DNA from: an uncultured Bacteroidales bacterium
Lineage (GTDB): Bacteria > Bacteroidota > Bacteroidia > Bacteroidales > Bacteroidaceae
DNA: 57,505 nucleotides
Direction: 5' to 3'
NCBI GenBank assembly: GCA_945828345.1
Contig: CALZRA010000001.1
Span: 1-57,505 of the forward strand
Shown in pieces: positions 35,918 through 44,528 of this stretch. Within the stretch, counting starts at the first letter, position 1. Each line of letters begins with the position of its first letter. The position numbers and the translations under genes are program-made. The notes under the pieces were generated by a model. The model was not told the origin of the DNA and ran no database searches. It saw nothing but the letters and a program-made list of their open reading frames with translations.

Positions 35918-37300
35918 CTACTGCGCCGCCTCGCGGGCTGCAGTGATAGCCTCCATCTGTTGCAGGTTGTCGATGGCCTGCGGGTTGCCTTGTTCGGCGG
36001 CTCGGCGGATGTAAGCCATGCCTTCAGCTTCCTGACCTGTCAGGTAAAGCGCGGTGCCCAGCGCGTTCCACGAACGCGGGTCGGCCTGCACGGTGCGCAG
36101 CTGGGCCAAGGCTTCGGCAGCACGGTCTTGCTGCAAGAGTGCTGAGGCAGCATTGATGACAGCTGCCGCCGAGTCGGGCACATAGTCGTAGTAGATGCGC
36201 AGGTAGCCTGAGTTACGCTGGTCCTGCAGAATGTTTTGTCTGACATAAGCCCAAGGCCGTCCGCCCTGATAACGCTTCATGCGGCGTTCGCGCTCGTTGG
36301 CATCGGGCGTGTGGTCGATGATGTCGAGCAAGCCTTCCCGGCCTTCGAAGTCCGAGTCGTTAATCTGGTCGCGCAGTTCACTCCAGCCTTCGCAGCCGTT
36401 GCATATCTCATAGAGCGCGTTGGCCGAAGGCACCCGCTGCTGGATGTATTGTCGCAGGGCCACGGCACGCTGTTCGGCCAGCCGGCAGTTGTGGCTGATG
36501 CTGCCTTCGACAGAGGCCAGACCTACAATCTGAATGAGTTTCACCGTCGAGGTGGTATCGGCCATGATCTGGCGCGTGATGCTCACAATCGTGTCGAGCG
36601 TCGGACCGTTCGAACGGAAGTCATGCAGCAGTGTGGTCTTGTTCAAAGGGAAGTTGACAAACAGCATGTCGCTCTCCTTGCGCAGGATACGCGTTTCGTC
36701 GTAGGGCCGGTATTTCGATATGTGTTGCAGCACTGGGTTGGTGCGTTGCAGTTCGCCGGCCTTTCCTGTGTTGTCCTCCACAGGCTGGATGCGCGGCACG
36801 AAAGGCGGGATGTAGGCGAAGCAGCCCAACTGGCGTTCGGGCAGGAGTTCCATGCGGCAGCAGCCTTCGCGTTCTGCCAGCAGCTGCACACACTGTCGGC
36901 CGTTCAGCAGCCAAGGAGCTTCGGCCAGCGTCACGGTGCGCTCCACCCAGAGCGTGTCACCTGCGGCAGGTTCGGCCCATTGGGCTGCAGCGGTCTCGCC
37001 AAAGTAACGCTGCCGTTCGGTGCGGCGGCGGTTGCGCGTGCCTCGGAAGATGACAGACGAAAGCCGCAGCGTATCGCGTGTGCCGCTGACCAACAGCGGC
37101 GTGTAGCACACGGCGTAGTCGCGACCCGTGAGCGAGTCGGAGGCCGTGAGCGGAAAGCGCAGGCGCACGGCCTCGTTGCCTATCCACTCGTGGCTGAAAG
37201 GCAGTTCGGTCGAGGCTTCGCCCTGTGCTGCGGCGGGTTGGAAGCCGAATAGCAGGAGGGGCAGCAAGGCCAGAAGGGTATGTAGTCGGTTCTTGTTCAT
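35918..37300 (-). CDS. DUF3868-like / OmpA-like domain protein with C-terminal TPR (pilus-associated)
   Basis: Signal peptide, GLASVEGSISHNCRLAEQRA (OmpA-like), EGWSEL, TPR WNALGTAL; usual position after DUF3575; start taken at MNKNRLH. Confidence 0.75.
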   Translation of the reverse strand: MNKNRLHTLLALLPLLLFGFQPAAAQGEASTELPFSHEWIGNEAVRLRFPLTASDSLTGRDYAVCYTPLLVSGTRDTLRLSSVIFRGTRNRRRTERQRYFGETAAAQWAEPAAGDTLWVERTVTLAEAPWLLNGRQCVQLLAEREGCCRMELLPERQLGCFAYIPPFVPRIQPVEDNTGKAGELQRTNPVLQHISKYRPYDETRILRKESDMLFVNFPLNKTTLLHDFRSNGPTLDTIVSITRQIMADTTSTVKLIQIVGLASVEGSISHNCRLAEQRAVALRQYIQQRVPSANALYEICNGCEGWSELRDQINDSDFEGREGLLDIIDHTPDANERERRMKRYQGGRPWAYVRQNILQDQRNSGYLRIYYDYVPDSAAAVINAASALLQQDRAAEALAQLRTVQADPRSWNALGTALYLTGQEAEGMAYIRRAAEQGNPQAIDNLQQMEAITAAREAAQ

Positions 37301-37353
37301 GGGAGTTAGCTGTTCGGGTGCAGGCAGAAAGCCGGCGGTGTGGGAGTCGTGGC

Positions 37354-37974
37354 TCACGGTTGCTTCTTTCTGCCCGGATAATAGATAATGGAGAGGGCGA
37401 GCTTGGTGGGCATCAGCAGGTGGCGCGTCTGGGTGCCGTAGAAGGTGCCACAGTGCTCGCAGTCGTATTTCTTGTAGTGCGTAATGCCGTAGCCCACGCC
37501 GACAGAACCTTCGATGCTCCAGCGGTTGCCCAGCATCCAGCTGTAGCCGTAGGAGATGCCTACCGCCCCGAGGTCACCCTGGTAGCGGTGGTCGCGCAGT
37601 CCGCTCCACAGGCCGAAGGGCAGGTGGACGTTGGCCGCGTTGTAGTGCGTGTAGAGCAGGTGAGCGCCGAAGAAGTGGCCGCCGAACGGCTGGCACAGCC
37701 AGTAGCGCAGTTCGGGCTGCACCAGCACATGCCGCCATTTGCGGTTCTTGGAGGAATTGATGTCCCACACGTTCAGTCCTGTCACCACCTGGCCAGTGAA
37801 CTTATCGCTCAGCTTCATTTCGAAGCCGAGGTTCGGTGAGGTGGTCGCATCGTAGAGCAGATTCGTTTTCAGTGCCACCCGCTGTGCCGATGCCGATAAG
37901 GCAGCAAACAGCAAGATTGCCGCAAGCAGCAGGCTGCGCGGCGTGGGGTGGGGATATAGGGCGTTGGCATTCAT
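37354..37974 (-). CDS. DUF3575 outer-membrane beta-barrel protein
   Basis: ALKTNLLYDA, VQPELRYW, GHFFGAH, GISYGY, PTKLALSIIY; start taken at MNANALY. Confidence 0.88.
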   Translation of the reverse strand: MNANALYPHPTPRSLLLAAILLFAALSASAQRVALKTNLLYDATTSPNLGFEMKLSDKFTGQVVTGLNVWDINSSKNRKWRHVLVQPELRYWLCQPFGGHFFGAHLLYTHYNAANVHLPFGLWSGLRDHRYQGDLGAVGISYGYSWMLGNRWSIEGSVGVGYGITHYKKYDCEHCGTFYGTQTRHLLMPTKLALSIIYYPGRKKQP

Positions 37975-38227
37975 GGGCTTATGTAGAGAATGTGACAGGA
38001 CATGAGGGGACTGTCTATACGGGTTGCGGTCAAGCAGCCTACATGCCATGTCGTGAAAGGAGCTTACAGCGGCAACGGATAGCTTGTCGCGTGCCTGGTT
38101 GCAGTTCTCGTCGTTTTCTTCACTCCGTTTGTGTTGTAGTTTGTGTCATTTCTCGTTTCCTGCTTGAAACTCGCCGGAAGGCGGCCAATCAGTATGTTTA
38201 AAATTCTGTTTCTCTCGTTTGCGTTTG

Positions 38228-38264
38228 CAAAGTTAGTAACTTTTTATGGGGGGGGGGGTACAAA
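38228..38264 (-). promoter_or_regulatory. Pilus-operon promoter with a G11/C11 homopolymer in the spacer
   Basis: Minus strand TTTG (38261-38264), 25-nt spacer containing C11 (38248-38258), TAACTTTG (38228-38235). Confidence 0.7.
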
Positions 38265-38386
38265 TAAAAACGAGTTTTTTTAGACGTATCTTCATTTTTA
38301 ACATTAGAGCCAGCTTTATACGGATGTTGTTCAGTGTTTTTTAAGATTTTGCCACAAAGAGCTGAGATGGTAAAAGGGCAAAAAAA

Positions 38387-38474
38387 AGAAGATATCTCCT
38401 TCGGCGGTAGAAGATATCTCCATCGGCAATAGAAGATATCTCCTTCGGCGGTAGAAGATATCTTCTATTGGCAG
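38387..38474. repeat. 22-bp tandem repeat x4, AGAAGATATCTCCTTCGGCGGT
   Basis: Copies at 38387, 38409, 38431 and 38453; copies 1 and 3 identical; palindromic AGATATCT core. Confidence 0.85.
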
Positions 38475-38490
38475 GTAAGTAGTATGGCTT

Positions 38491-38640
38491 GGGGAGAGGC
38501 GGGGTTATTCGGATATTCCAGATAATCCAGAGGGTCTGGATATTCAGGAATCTCCGGAGATTCCGGGTTATCTGGAAAGTCTGGAGATTCTGGGGATTCC
38601 GAATTTTTCGGAGAACCCGGATTATTGGGGAAGTCCGGCT
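38491..38640. repeat. Degenerate 9-bp-period TC(C/T)GGA repeat island
   Basis: Starts ggggagagg like the 18.4 kb island; units ttcggatat tccagataa ... tccggagat tccgggtta tctggaaag tctggagat; overlaps the gldH stop. Confidence 0.75.
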
Positions 38641-39098
38641 TCTAAGCAGATGCCGACAGCCTCAACGCCTTCGAGCATTTCGCTGCGCATGAGGTGGTTG
38701 ACGGTCATGTCGGCGGACTGTCCGACTTGCAGGTGGAGCTGGGCAACGGTCTGCGTGAAGGTGTAGAGGCTGACCCCCTGACCCAGGAAGTTGCCTTCGC
38801 TGTCCACGAAGGAGAGTTCGATGGTGTCGGTCCGTGTGGTTTCCGGGTTATGCCATCGCTGCTCCACCCGCAACCAGAGCGTACGGTAAGGGTAGCTGTG
38901 CATGGCTGAGGTGCGTACGCCAAGGTTCAGCCGGTAGGTGCCGGATGCGGTGAGCGAGTCCACCTGAAAGCGCAAGGTGTCGCCCGGCTCCCATCCGTCG
39001 AGGGGAGTCGGGCGATATTCGTAGGCCGCAGGCCGGTTGTGGCAGGCACCACACAGCAGGGCCGTGAGCACTCCTATTATATATATACGCGCGCGCAT
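38622..39098 (-). CDS. gldH: GldH-family lipoprotein
   Basis: Lipobox LCGAC, GWEPGDTLRF, YPYRTLWL, GQGVSLY, HLMRSEMLEGVEAVGI; downstream of ricT as is usual in Bacteroidetes. Confidence 0.85.
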   Translation of the reverse strand: MRARIYIIGVLTALLCGACHNRPAAYEYRPTPLDGWEPGDTLRFQVDSLTASGTYRLNLGVRTSAMHSYPYRTLWLRVEQRWHNPETTRTDTIELSFVDSEGNFLGQGVSLYTFTQTVAQLHLQVGQSADMTVNHLMRSEMLEGVEAVGICLEAGLPQ

Positions 39099-39102
39099 AG
39101 AG

Positions 39103-40542
39103 TCATGCCTTGTTGTTCGATCCGCTGTTGCCGCCCGAGTTGCCGGGTTGCTGCTTGCCCTGACGATTGCCTCGTGGGCCACGCACATCACGCCGGTTGC
39201 CGCCAGAAGCATGGTTGTCGCGGCGCGGCTGCTTGTCGCGGCCGGCAGATTGGGCTTCAGTCTGGCGTTTCTTGTCGCGTCGCGACTGCTTGCGCTTCAC
39301 CTTGTCGAAGCGGGTGAGGTCCTCCTGCTCGGCGAGGTCGAGCGGCTTGCCGGGCTGCTGCTTGCCTTCAGCCTCTAACTGCTGGGGCTTTTCGCCTGCC
39401 GCGTTCATGGCAATAATCTGGTGTGCCCTTTCGGCAGTGATGGTGACCAAGTTGGCTGCCATGCGGCGGTCGCTGCTGTAAGTGACGAGACCAGCCAGCG
39501 TGTCGGCCTTGAAGAAGTAGAAAGTGCCGTCAGCCGTTTCGAGGTTCACGCTGCGTTCCGGCAGCTTGCGGGCAGCCTCCATATAGGTGTCAACCTCGTA
39601 GTTCAGGCAGCATTTCAGTTTGGCACACTGTCCTGCTAACTTCTGTGGATTCGGTGCGATGTCCTGGAAACGGGCGGCCGCGGTGCTTACCGAACTGAAG
39701 TTTTTCATCCAGGTGGCACAGCACAGTTCGCGTCCGCAAGGGCCGATGCCGCCAATGCGGCCTGCCTCCTGACGCGCGCCAATCTGCTTCATCTCGATGC
39801 GCACATGGAAGGTTTCGGCCAGCACCTTGATGAGCTTTCGGAAATCGACACGGGCATCGGCAATATAGTAGAAGATAGCCTTGTTTCCGTCACCCTGATA
39901 CTCTACATCGCCGATCTTCATCTGCAACTCCAGATTCTTGGCAATCTGTCGCGACTCGATCATCGTGTCGTGTTCGCGGGCTTTGGCCTGTTCGTACTTC
40001 TCTATATCGGCAGGGCGCGCCTTGCGATAGACACGGCGCACCTCGATGCCTTGCTTCAGGTTGGCCTTCTGCATTTGGAGCAGCACCAAGCGGCCAGTCA
40101 GCGTGACCACACCAATGTCGTGACCGGGCTGTGCCTCCACGGCTACCACGTCGCCTTTCTGCAAGTCGAGATGGTTGTCATTGCGGTAAAAGCCCTTGCG
40201 CGTGTTCTTGAACTGCACTTCGACAAAGTCGGTGGCTGCCAGGTTGCCCGGCACATCGGCCAAGTAGTCGTAAGTGTTGAGCTGCCGGTCGCTGCGTCCG
40301 CAGCCCTTGGCACATAATCCGCGCAGGTGCCCGTCGCCCCAGCAGCAGGCATCGCTGTCAGCTTGGTCGCCGCAGCAACCTTGGCAGGGTGAGGCGCAGG
40401 AGGCGCATGAGCCGGCCGCCGGAGCAGGCTGGTGGACGGGTGTGTTATGGTCGGGCCGTTGTCCGGCATCGACCGTTTCGGAGGCCGCAGTAGCAGCGTG
40501 TTGCGGTCGGTCGGCAACGAAGTCTTCCTTTTCAGTTATCAT
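39103..40542 (-). CDS. ricT: PSP1-domain protein RicT/YaaT
   Basis: VEVQFKNTRK, RVDFRKLIK, QIGARQEA, GIGPCGRELCC, KLAGQCAKLKCCLNYE. Confidence 0.92.
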   Translation of the reverse strand: MITEKEDFVADRPQHAATAASETVDAGQRPDHNTPVHQPAPAAGSCASCASPCQGCCGDQADSDACCWGDGHLRGLCAKGCGRSDRQLNTYDYLADVPGNLAATDFVEVQFKNTRKGFYRNDNHLDLQKGDVVAVEAQPGHDIGVVTLTGRLVLLQMQKANLKQGIEVRRVYRKARPADIEKYEQAKAREHDTMIESRQIAKNLELQMKIGDVEYQGDGNKAIFYYIADARVDFRKLIKVLAETFHVRIEMKQIGARQEAGRIGGIGPCGRELCCATWMKNFSSVSTAAARFQDIAPNPQKLAGQCAKLKCCLNYEVDTYMEAARKLPERSVNLETADGTFYFFKADTLAGLVTYSSDRRMAANLVTITAERAHQIIAMNAAGEKPQQLEAEGKQQPGKPLDLAEQEDLTRFDKVKRKQSRRDKKRQTEAQSAGRDKQPRRDNHASGGNRRDVRGPRGNRQGKQQPGNSGGNSGSNNKA

Positions 40543-40601
40543 GGATGTATATAGAGGATGGTGTATGGGGTTGGATATAGAATCGGGGAATGGGGGGAGG
40601 T

Positions 40602-41732
40602 TTACTGGAGGAGCAGGACAATCAGCTTGAGGGCCATGTCGAAGAAGACCATGCGCGGATTCACATTGGCCTCGATGTCGCGCTGTGCCAGTGACAGTTC
40701 GTCGGTGATGCCGATCACGTTGCGCTCGTTGATGAAACGGGCAAAACGCACGGCAAAGTCTGCTTCGGTGCGGTTCATGTAGTTCAGCTCCGGCCGGTGG
40801 AAATTGTAGACAAAGTTTTCGCGCACCATGCGTTGGCAGTAGGCCAAGAAGGCTTTCTGTTTTTCACGTCCCCACTGGGCAAGCTGGTCGGCCCACTGGT
40901 AGAGTTCCTTGACCTTGCGCATGTAGCAGAGTCGCATGAGGAGCACGAATAGGTCGAAGAACTGCGCCGTGTCTGCGTGCATGTTGACCTGTTGCAATGC
41001 CTTGATGTAGCTGCCTTCGGCGGCATGAGCCACGGCCTGCGCGTCATCGGGCTGTAGTCCGCAGTGCTGTTGGAGGGCGCAGGCAATCTGTTCGTCAGTC
41101 AGGGGCTTGCAGTCGATGCGCTGCGTGCGGCTCAATATGGTGCCCAGCATCTGTTCAGGATGGTTGGCAGTAAGGATGAATACGGTGCCGGCGGGAGGCT
41201 CTTCGAGCATCTTGAGCAGCTTGTTGGCCGCTTCGGTGTTCATCTGTTCGGCCAGCCACATCACTACCACGCGATAGCCGCCCTGGCTGCTCACGCTGAC
41301 GAGCTTGTTGAGCAGATTTTTGGCTTCGGACACGTTGATGAGCGACTGCTGGTTTTCCACCCCGATGCGCTGCAGCCAGGTGTTACGGTCGAAGTAGGGC
41401 GTTTCGGCCAGCTGCTCACGCCATTGTTTGAGGAATTGGTCGCTGACTGCTCCGGCACTTTGGCCCGAGGGCTTGAACACGGGGAATACCATGTGCAGGT
41501 CGGGGTGAGCCAGTTTGGCGGCCATGCGACACGACTTGCACTCGTTGCAGGAATCGCCCTCGGGGGTGGGGTTGCTGCACAGCAGGCGTTGGGCCAGCGC
41601 CAAGGCCAAGGGCAGTTTGCCACAGCCTTCGGGCCCGGCCAGCAAAAGGGCATGGGGCATGCGGCCTTCTGACAACAGCCGTTGGAGTTGCCGCTTTACT
41701 TCGTCCTGTCCGATTACATCGCTAAAACGCAT
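40602..41732 (-). CDS. holB: DNA polymerase III delta-prime subunit
   Basis: HALLLAGPEGCGK, CNECKSC, HPDL, AANKLLKMLEEPP, TILSR; start taken at MRFSDVIGQ. Confidence 0.93.
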   Translation of the reverse strand: MRFSDVIGQDEVKRQLQRLLSEGRMPHALLLAGPEGCGKLPLALALAQRLLCSNPTPEGDSCNECKSCRMAAKLAHPDLHMVFPVFKPSGQSAGAVSDQFLKQWREQLAETPYFDRNTWLQRIGVENQQSLINVSEAKNLLNKLVSVSSQGGYRVVVMWLAEQMNTEAANKLLKMLEEPPAGTVFILTANHPEQMLGTILSRTQRIDCKPLTDEQIACALQQHCGLQPDDAQAVAHAAEGSYIKALQQVNMHADTAQFFDLFVLLMRLCYMRKVKELYQWADQLAQWGREKQKAFLAYCQRMVRENFVYNFHRPELNYMNRTEADFAVRFARFINERNVIGITDELSLAQRDIEANVNPRMVFFDMALKLIVLLLQ

Positions 41733-41841
41733 GCGGTTGAGGGTTTGGGGTGGTGGTTGTGAGGGGCGGGAAGGAAGGCCCGCCTTGATTGCGAAGCAAA
41801 AGTACACTAAATTTGTGAATCGGCGCGCTGCGGCGGAGGAA

Positions 41842-41970
41842 AACCGCTGGAGCCCTGCGGCTGAACCGCAGGGAACGGTGGTACTGAAGGGTTGGGGAGG
41901 GCGGCAGAACCGCTGGAGCCCTGCGGCTGAACCGTAGGGAACGGTGGTGCAGAAGGGTTGGGGAAGGCGG
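41842..41970. repeat. Tandem duplication (66-bp period) of a REP-like hairpin
   Basis: AACCGCTGGAGCCCTGCGGCTGAACCG(C/T)AGGGAACGGTGGT...GAAGGGTTGGGGA at 41842 and 41908. Confidence 0.85.
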
Positions 41971-41986
41971 GGACGCAGGCTGGGCT

Positions 41987-43957
41987 TTAGGGCTTGTCGG
42001 TGGTCTGGCCCTGCTGGACTAACCAGTCGGCGGCCTGAAGCTGGGCCAGGACGTAGCTTTTGAGAGACTCAAACTCGGGGGAGAAGGCCGTGGGACGAGG
42101 CTGGCCGCCCTGCAACGCATAGCAATACTCCCGCTTCGTGTCGTGGTCGTAGACATAGAGGCGCGACGAATCGCGGGCCGCCATCGTCTTGTCGGCCGAA
42201 TAGAACGCCGCAGGCCGCTGTTCGCGCAGCAGGTCGATGCCGAAGTTGTTCTGCGTGTAGGGTATTTGCAGCAGGCCCAGCAGGGTAGGGGTGACATCCT
42301 CCTGTACGGCAAAGTCGGGATGCACACGCCGCAGCTCGGGCTGCAAGGGTTCGCCGTAGACCATGAACGGGATATGGTTGAAGCATTCGGGCAGTTCGCA
42401 GTCGGCTGTGCCCACCTGCTTGCCGTGGTCACCCAAGAGCACAAACAGTGTGTTGGCAAACCACGGCTCGCGCGAAGCCGCTGCCATGAAGTCACCGATA
42501 CAACGGTCGGCATAGCGCACAATCTGGCCTTCGGGTTCCAGACCGGGTGTCTGGAAAGCCTGCGGCACCACATAGGGCGGGTGGTTGCTGATGGTGAGCA
42601 GCGTGGCCAGGAACGGACGGCCTTCGCGCGCATGGCGGCGCAACACGGGCAAGGCATACTCAAACAAATAAGCGTCAGACACGCCAAAATGGTTGACCAC
42701 CTTATCGGCCGGGTAGTCCTCTTGGGCATAAATCTCCTCGTAGCCGTTGGTGCGCAGAAAGGCATTCATGTTGTCGTACTGGCTTTCGTGCGTCATGAAG
42801 AACATCGTGGTGTAACCCTGTTCCCTCAGCACCGTGGGAAGCCCCGCATAGTGAGGCACGACGCTGCCCTTCATGGCGTTGCGGAACATGATGGAAGGAA
42901 AACCGTAGAGCGTGGCATACAGGCCGTGGTTGGTGTGGATACCCGCCGAATAACAGTTGGCAAAAGCCATCGAGCGGTTGAAGAGCGAGTCAAGGCAAGG
43001 TGTCAGGTTGTTCTTGTTGCCGAAGCTGCCCATCAGGCGGGCCGACATCGATTCCATAAGAATGACCACCACGTTCAGCTTCTTGGGCTGTCCTGCAGGC
43101 CGTACTTGGCGGGCAATAGGCGATATGCCCTCGATGCCAGACCGCTGCAACCACTGCTGCGTCAAGCCCACCGCCTTGTCAGCAGGCATCAGGCGGAGCG
43201 TGCGGTTCTCAGGCCGCAGTTCATCGAGTGTGCTGTAGAGCAGGTTGAACATCGGGTTCACCCCGAGATTGTTCAGCACGGCATGGTTGCAGAAGTAGGC
43301 GGCACTCACCTTGATGGGATTATAGCCTAACCGTCCGCGAATGCCCAGCAGGCAGGCGGCTAACAGTAATGCAGCCGTTGATGCAGCCAGTATGCGCACC
43401 TTGGGCGAAAGGCTCAGCGGCGCGCGGCCCGCAGCTGCTTCGCGCCGCACAGCCCGGTGTGACAGCTGGAGCAGCAAGGCCACGAAAGCCGCTACAGCAA
43501 TGAAATAGAGCGCGATGTAGCCGTACCAAGCCGGTTCGCCGAACACCATGCCCAGCGTCTGTGTGCCATATTCCGCCCAGTTCCAGATAGAAGCGTTCAG
43601 CAGTTTGCCGAAGTAGGCATAGTAAGGCACATTGGCGGCACAGGCCATGAACACCAGTGCGTAGGTCACGCCAAACCACAGATTGCACGCCCGATAGCCC
43701 CCTTTGCGCCACCAGCCGCCCACAGAGGCGATGCCCACGGCTAACAGGGGCAGTGCGCTGAGGTAGCAGGCAATGACATTGTCAAACCACAGGCCGTTGA
43801 GGAAGGCACGGCCGATGCTGCCCCAATGCCAGGCCGCTTCGGGCGGGAGTTGCGCATGTGCCGTGGAGAAGAATACCACGCGGAACGCGGACATGAACAG
43901 CAGGGCCAGCAGGTGGACCCACAGCAGGTAGAGAAAGGGGATGAATGTTCGTTTCAT
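41987..43957 (-). CDS. LTA-synthase-family / sulfatase-domain membrane protein (phosphoglycerol transferase-like)
   Basis: Five N-terminal TM segments, NVVVILMES, LTISNHPPY, YADRCIG, GDHG, HIPF. Confidence 0.88.
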   Translation of the reverse strand: MKRTFIPFLYLLWVHLLALLFMSAFRVVFFSTAHAQLPPEAAWHWGSIGRAFLNGLWFDNVIACYLSALPLLAVGIASVGGWWRKGGYRACNLWFGVTYALVFMACAANVPYYAYFGKLLNASIWNWAEYGTQTLGMVFGEPAWYGYIALYFIAVAAFVALLLQLSHRAVRREAAAGRAPLSLSPKVRILAASTAALLLAACLLGIRGRLGYNPIKVSAAYFCNHAVLNNLGVNPMFNLLYSTLDELRPENRTLRLMPADKAVGLTQQWLQRSGIEGISPIARQVRPAGQPKKLNVVVILMESMSARLMGSFGNKNNLTPCLDSLFNRSMAFANCYSAGIHTNHGLYATLYGFPSIMFRNAMKGSVVPHYAGLPTVLREQGYTTMFFMTHESQYDNMNAFLRTNGYEEIYAQEDYPADKVVNHFGVSDAYLFEYALPVLRRHAREGRPFLATLLTISNHPPYVVPQAFQTPGLEPEGQIVRYADRCIGDFMAAASREPWFANTLFVLLGDHGKQVGTADCELPECFNHIPFMVYGEPLQPELRRVHPDFAVQEDVTPTLLGLLQIPYTQNNFGIDLLREQRPAAFYSADKTMAARDSSRLYVYDHDTKREYCYALQGGQPRPTAFSPEFESLKSYVLAQLQAADWLVQQGQTTDKP

Positions 43958-44004
43958 AAAGATGGTTCGCTTTGAGTGTGCAAAGGTAGTATTTTCTCAG
44001 CATT

Positions 44005-44402
44005 TAGGGGTTGGGTTATGAGGGATGGGGTTATGAGGTTATAAAGTTGCAGTTGGCAAGCGTTCAAGGCACGGGCTGAAAGCCCAACAAGCGCATAGCC
44101 CAGGGCATCGCCCTGGGTAGGTAGACCGCCGCAAATGCGCCCTGAAGGGGCAAAAGCGTCTGTTAGTACGCTTGTCATCAAACGCTTTTGCCCTTGGGCG
44201 TACTTTATCGCCTCGTTCTACCCAGGGCGATGCCCTGGGCTATGCGCTTGTTACATAAGATTGGTGCGTTCGGCATAGCTCAAGCAAGCTTGGCTCTGCT
44301 CTCACTTGCACAATCTTTGGGCTTTCAGCCCGTGCCTTGAACCCTTGTTAACTATCTGCAACTACTTGCTAAACCTTCATAACCTTATCCCTCCTAACCC
44401 CT
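44005..44402. repeat. REP compound palindrome (copy 2) with GGTTATGA arms and a nested 66-bp insert
   Basis: Arms ggttatgag...gttcaaggcacgggctgaaagccc / gggctttcagcccgtgccttgaac...cataacc; right arm interrupted at 44253-44318. Confidence 0.85.
44253..44318. mobile_element. 66-bp palindromic insertion inside the REP arm
   Basis: The left arm predicts gcgcttgtt|gggctttc; the observed sequence carries acataagattggtgc...gcacaatcttt at that point. Confidence 0.75.
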
Positions 44403-44485
44403 GAGGAATCTCCCTAGGAATCTCCTTAACCGTCCAATTATAAACTTTAAACTTTTCAACGCACATGCATCTGGCAAGTAAACAC

Positions 44486-44493
44486 TATCTTTG
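44486..44493 (+). promoter_or_regulatory. -7 promoter element for rsfS-ftsH-cdsA
   Basis: TATCTTTG(CA) 36 nt upstream of the ATG. Confidence 0.65.
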
Positions 44494-44528
44494 CACCCCA
44501 AAACTAACACCTATATTATATATTAGAA

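Noticed and set aside
38387-38474. CRISPR array
   Set aside because: The 22-bp units are contiguous with no unique spacers, and no cas genes are present.
38228-38490. Invertible promoter of the Bacteroides type
   Set aside because: No inverted repeat pair flanking the promoter was found and no recombinase is adjacent.
38622-39098. gldH as evidence of gliding motility
   Set aside because: GldH homologues are common in non-gliding Bacteroidales next to ricT; no other motility genes are here.
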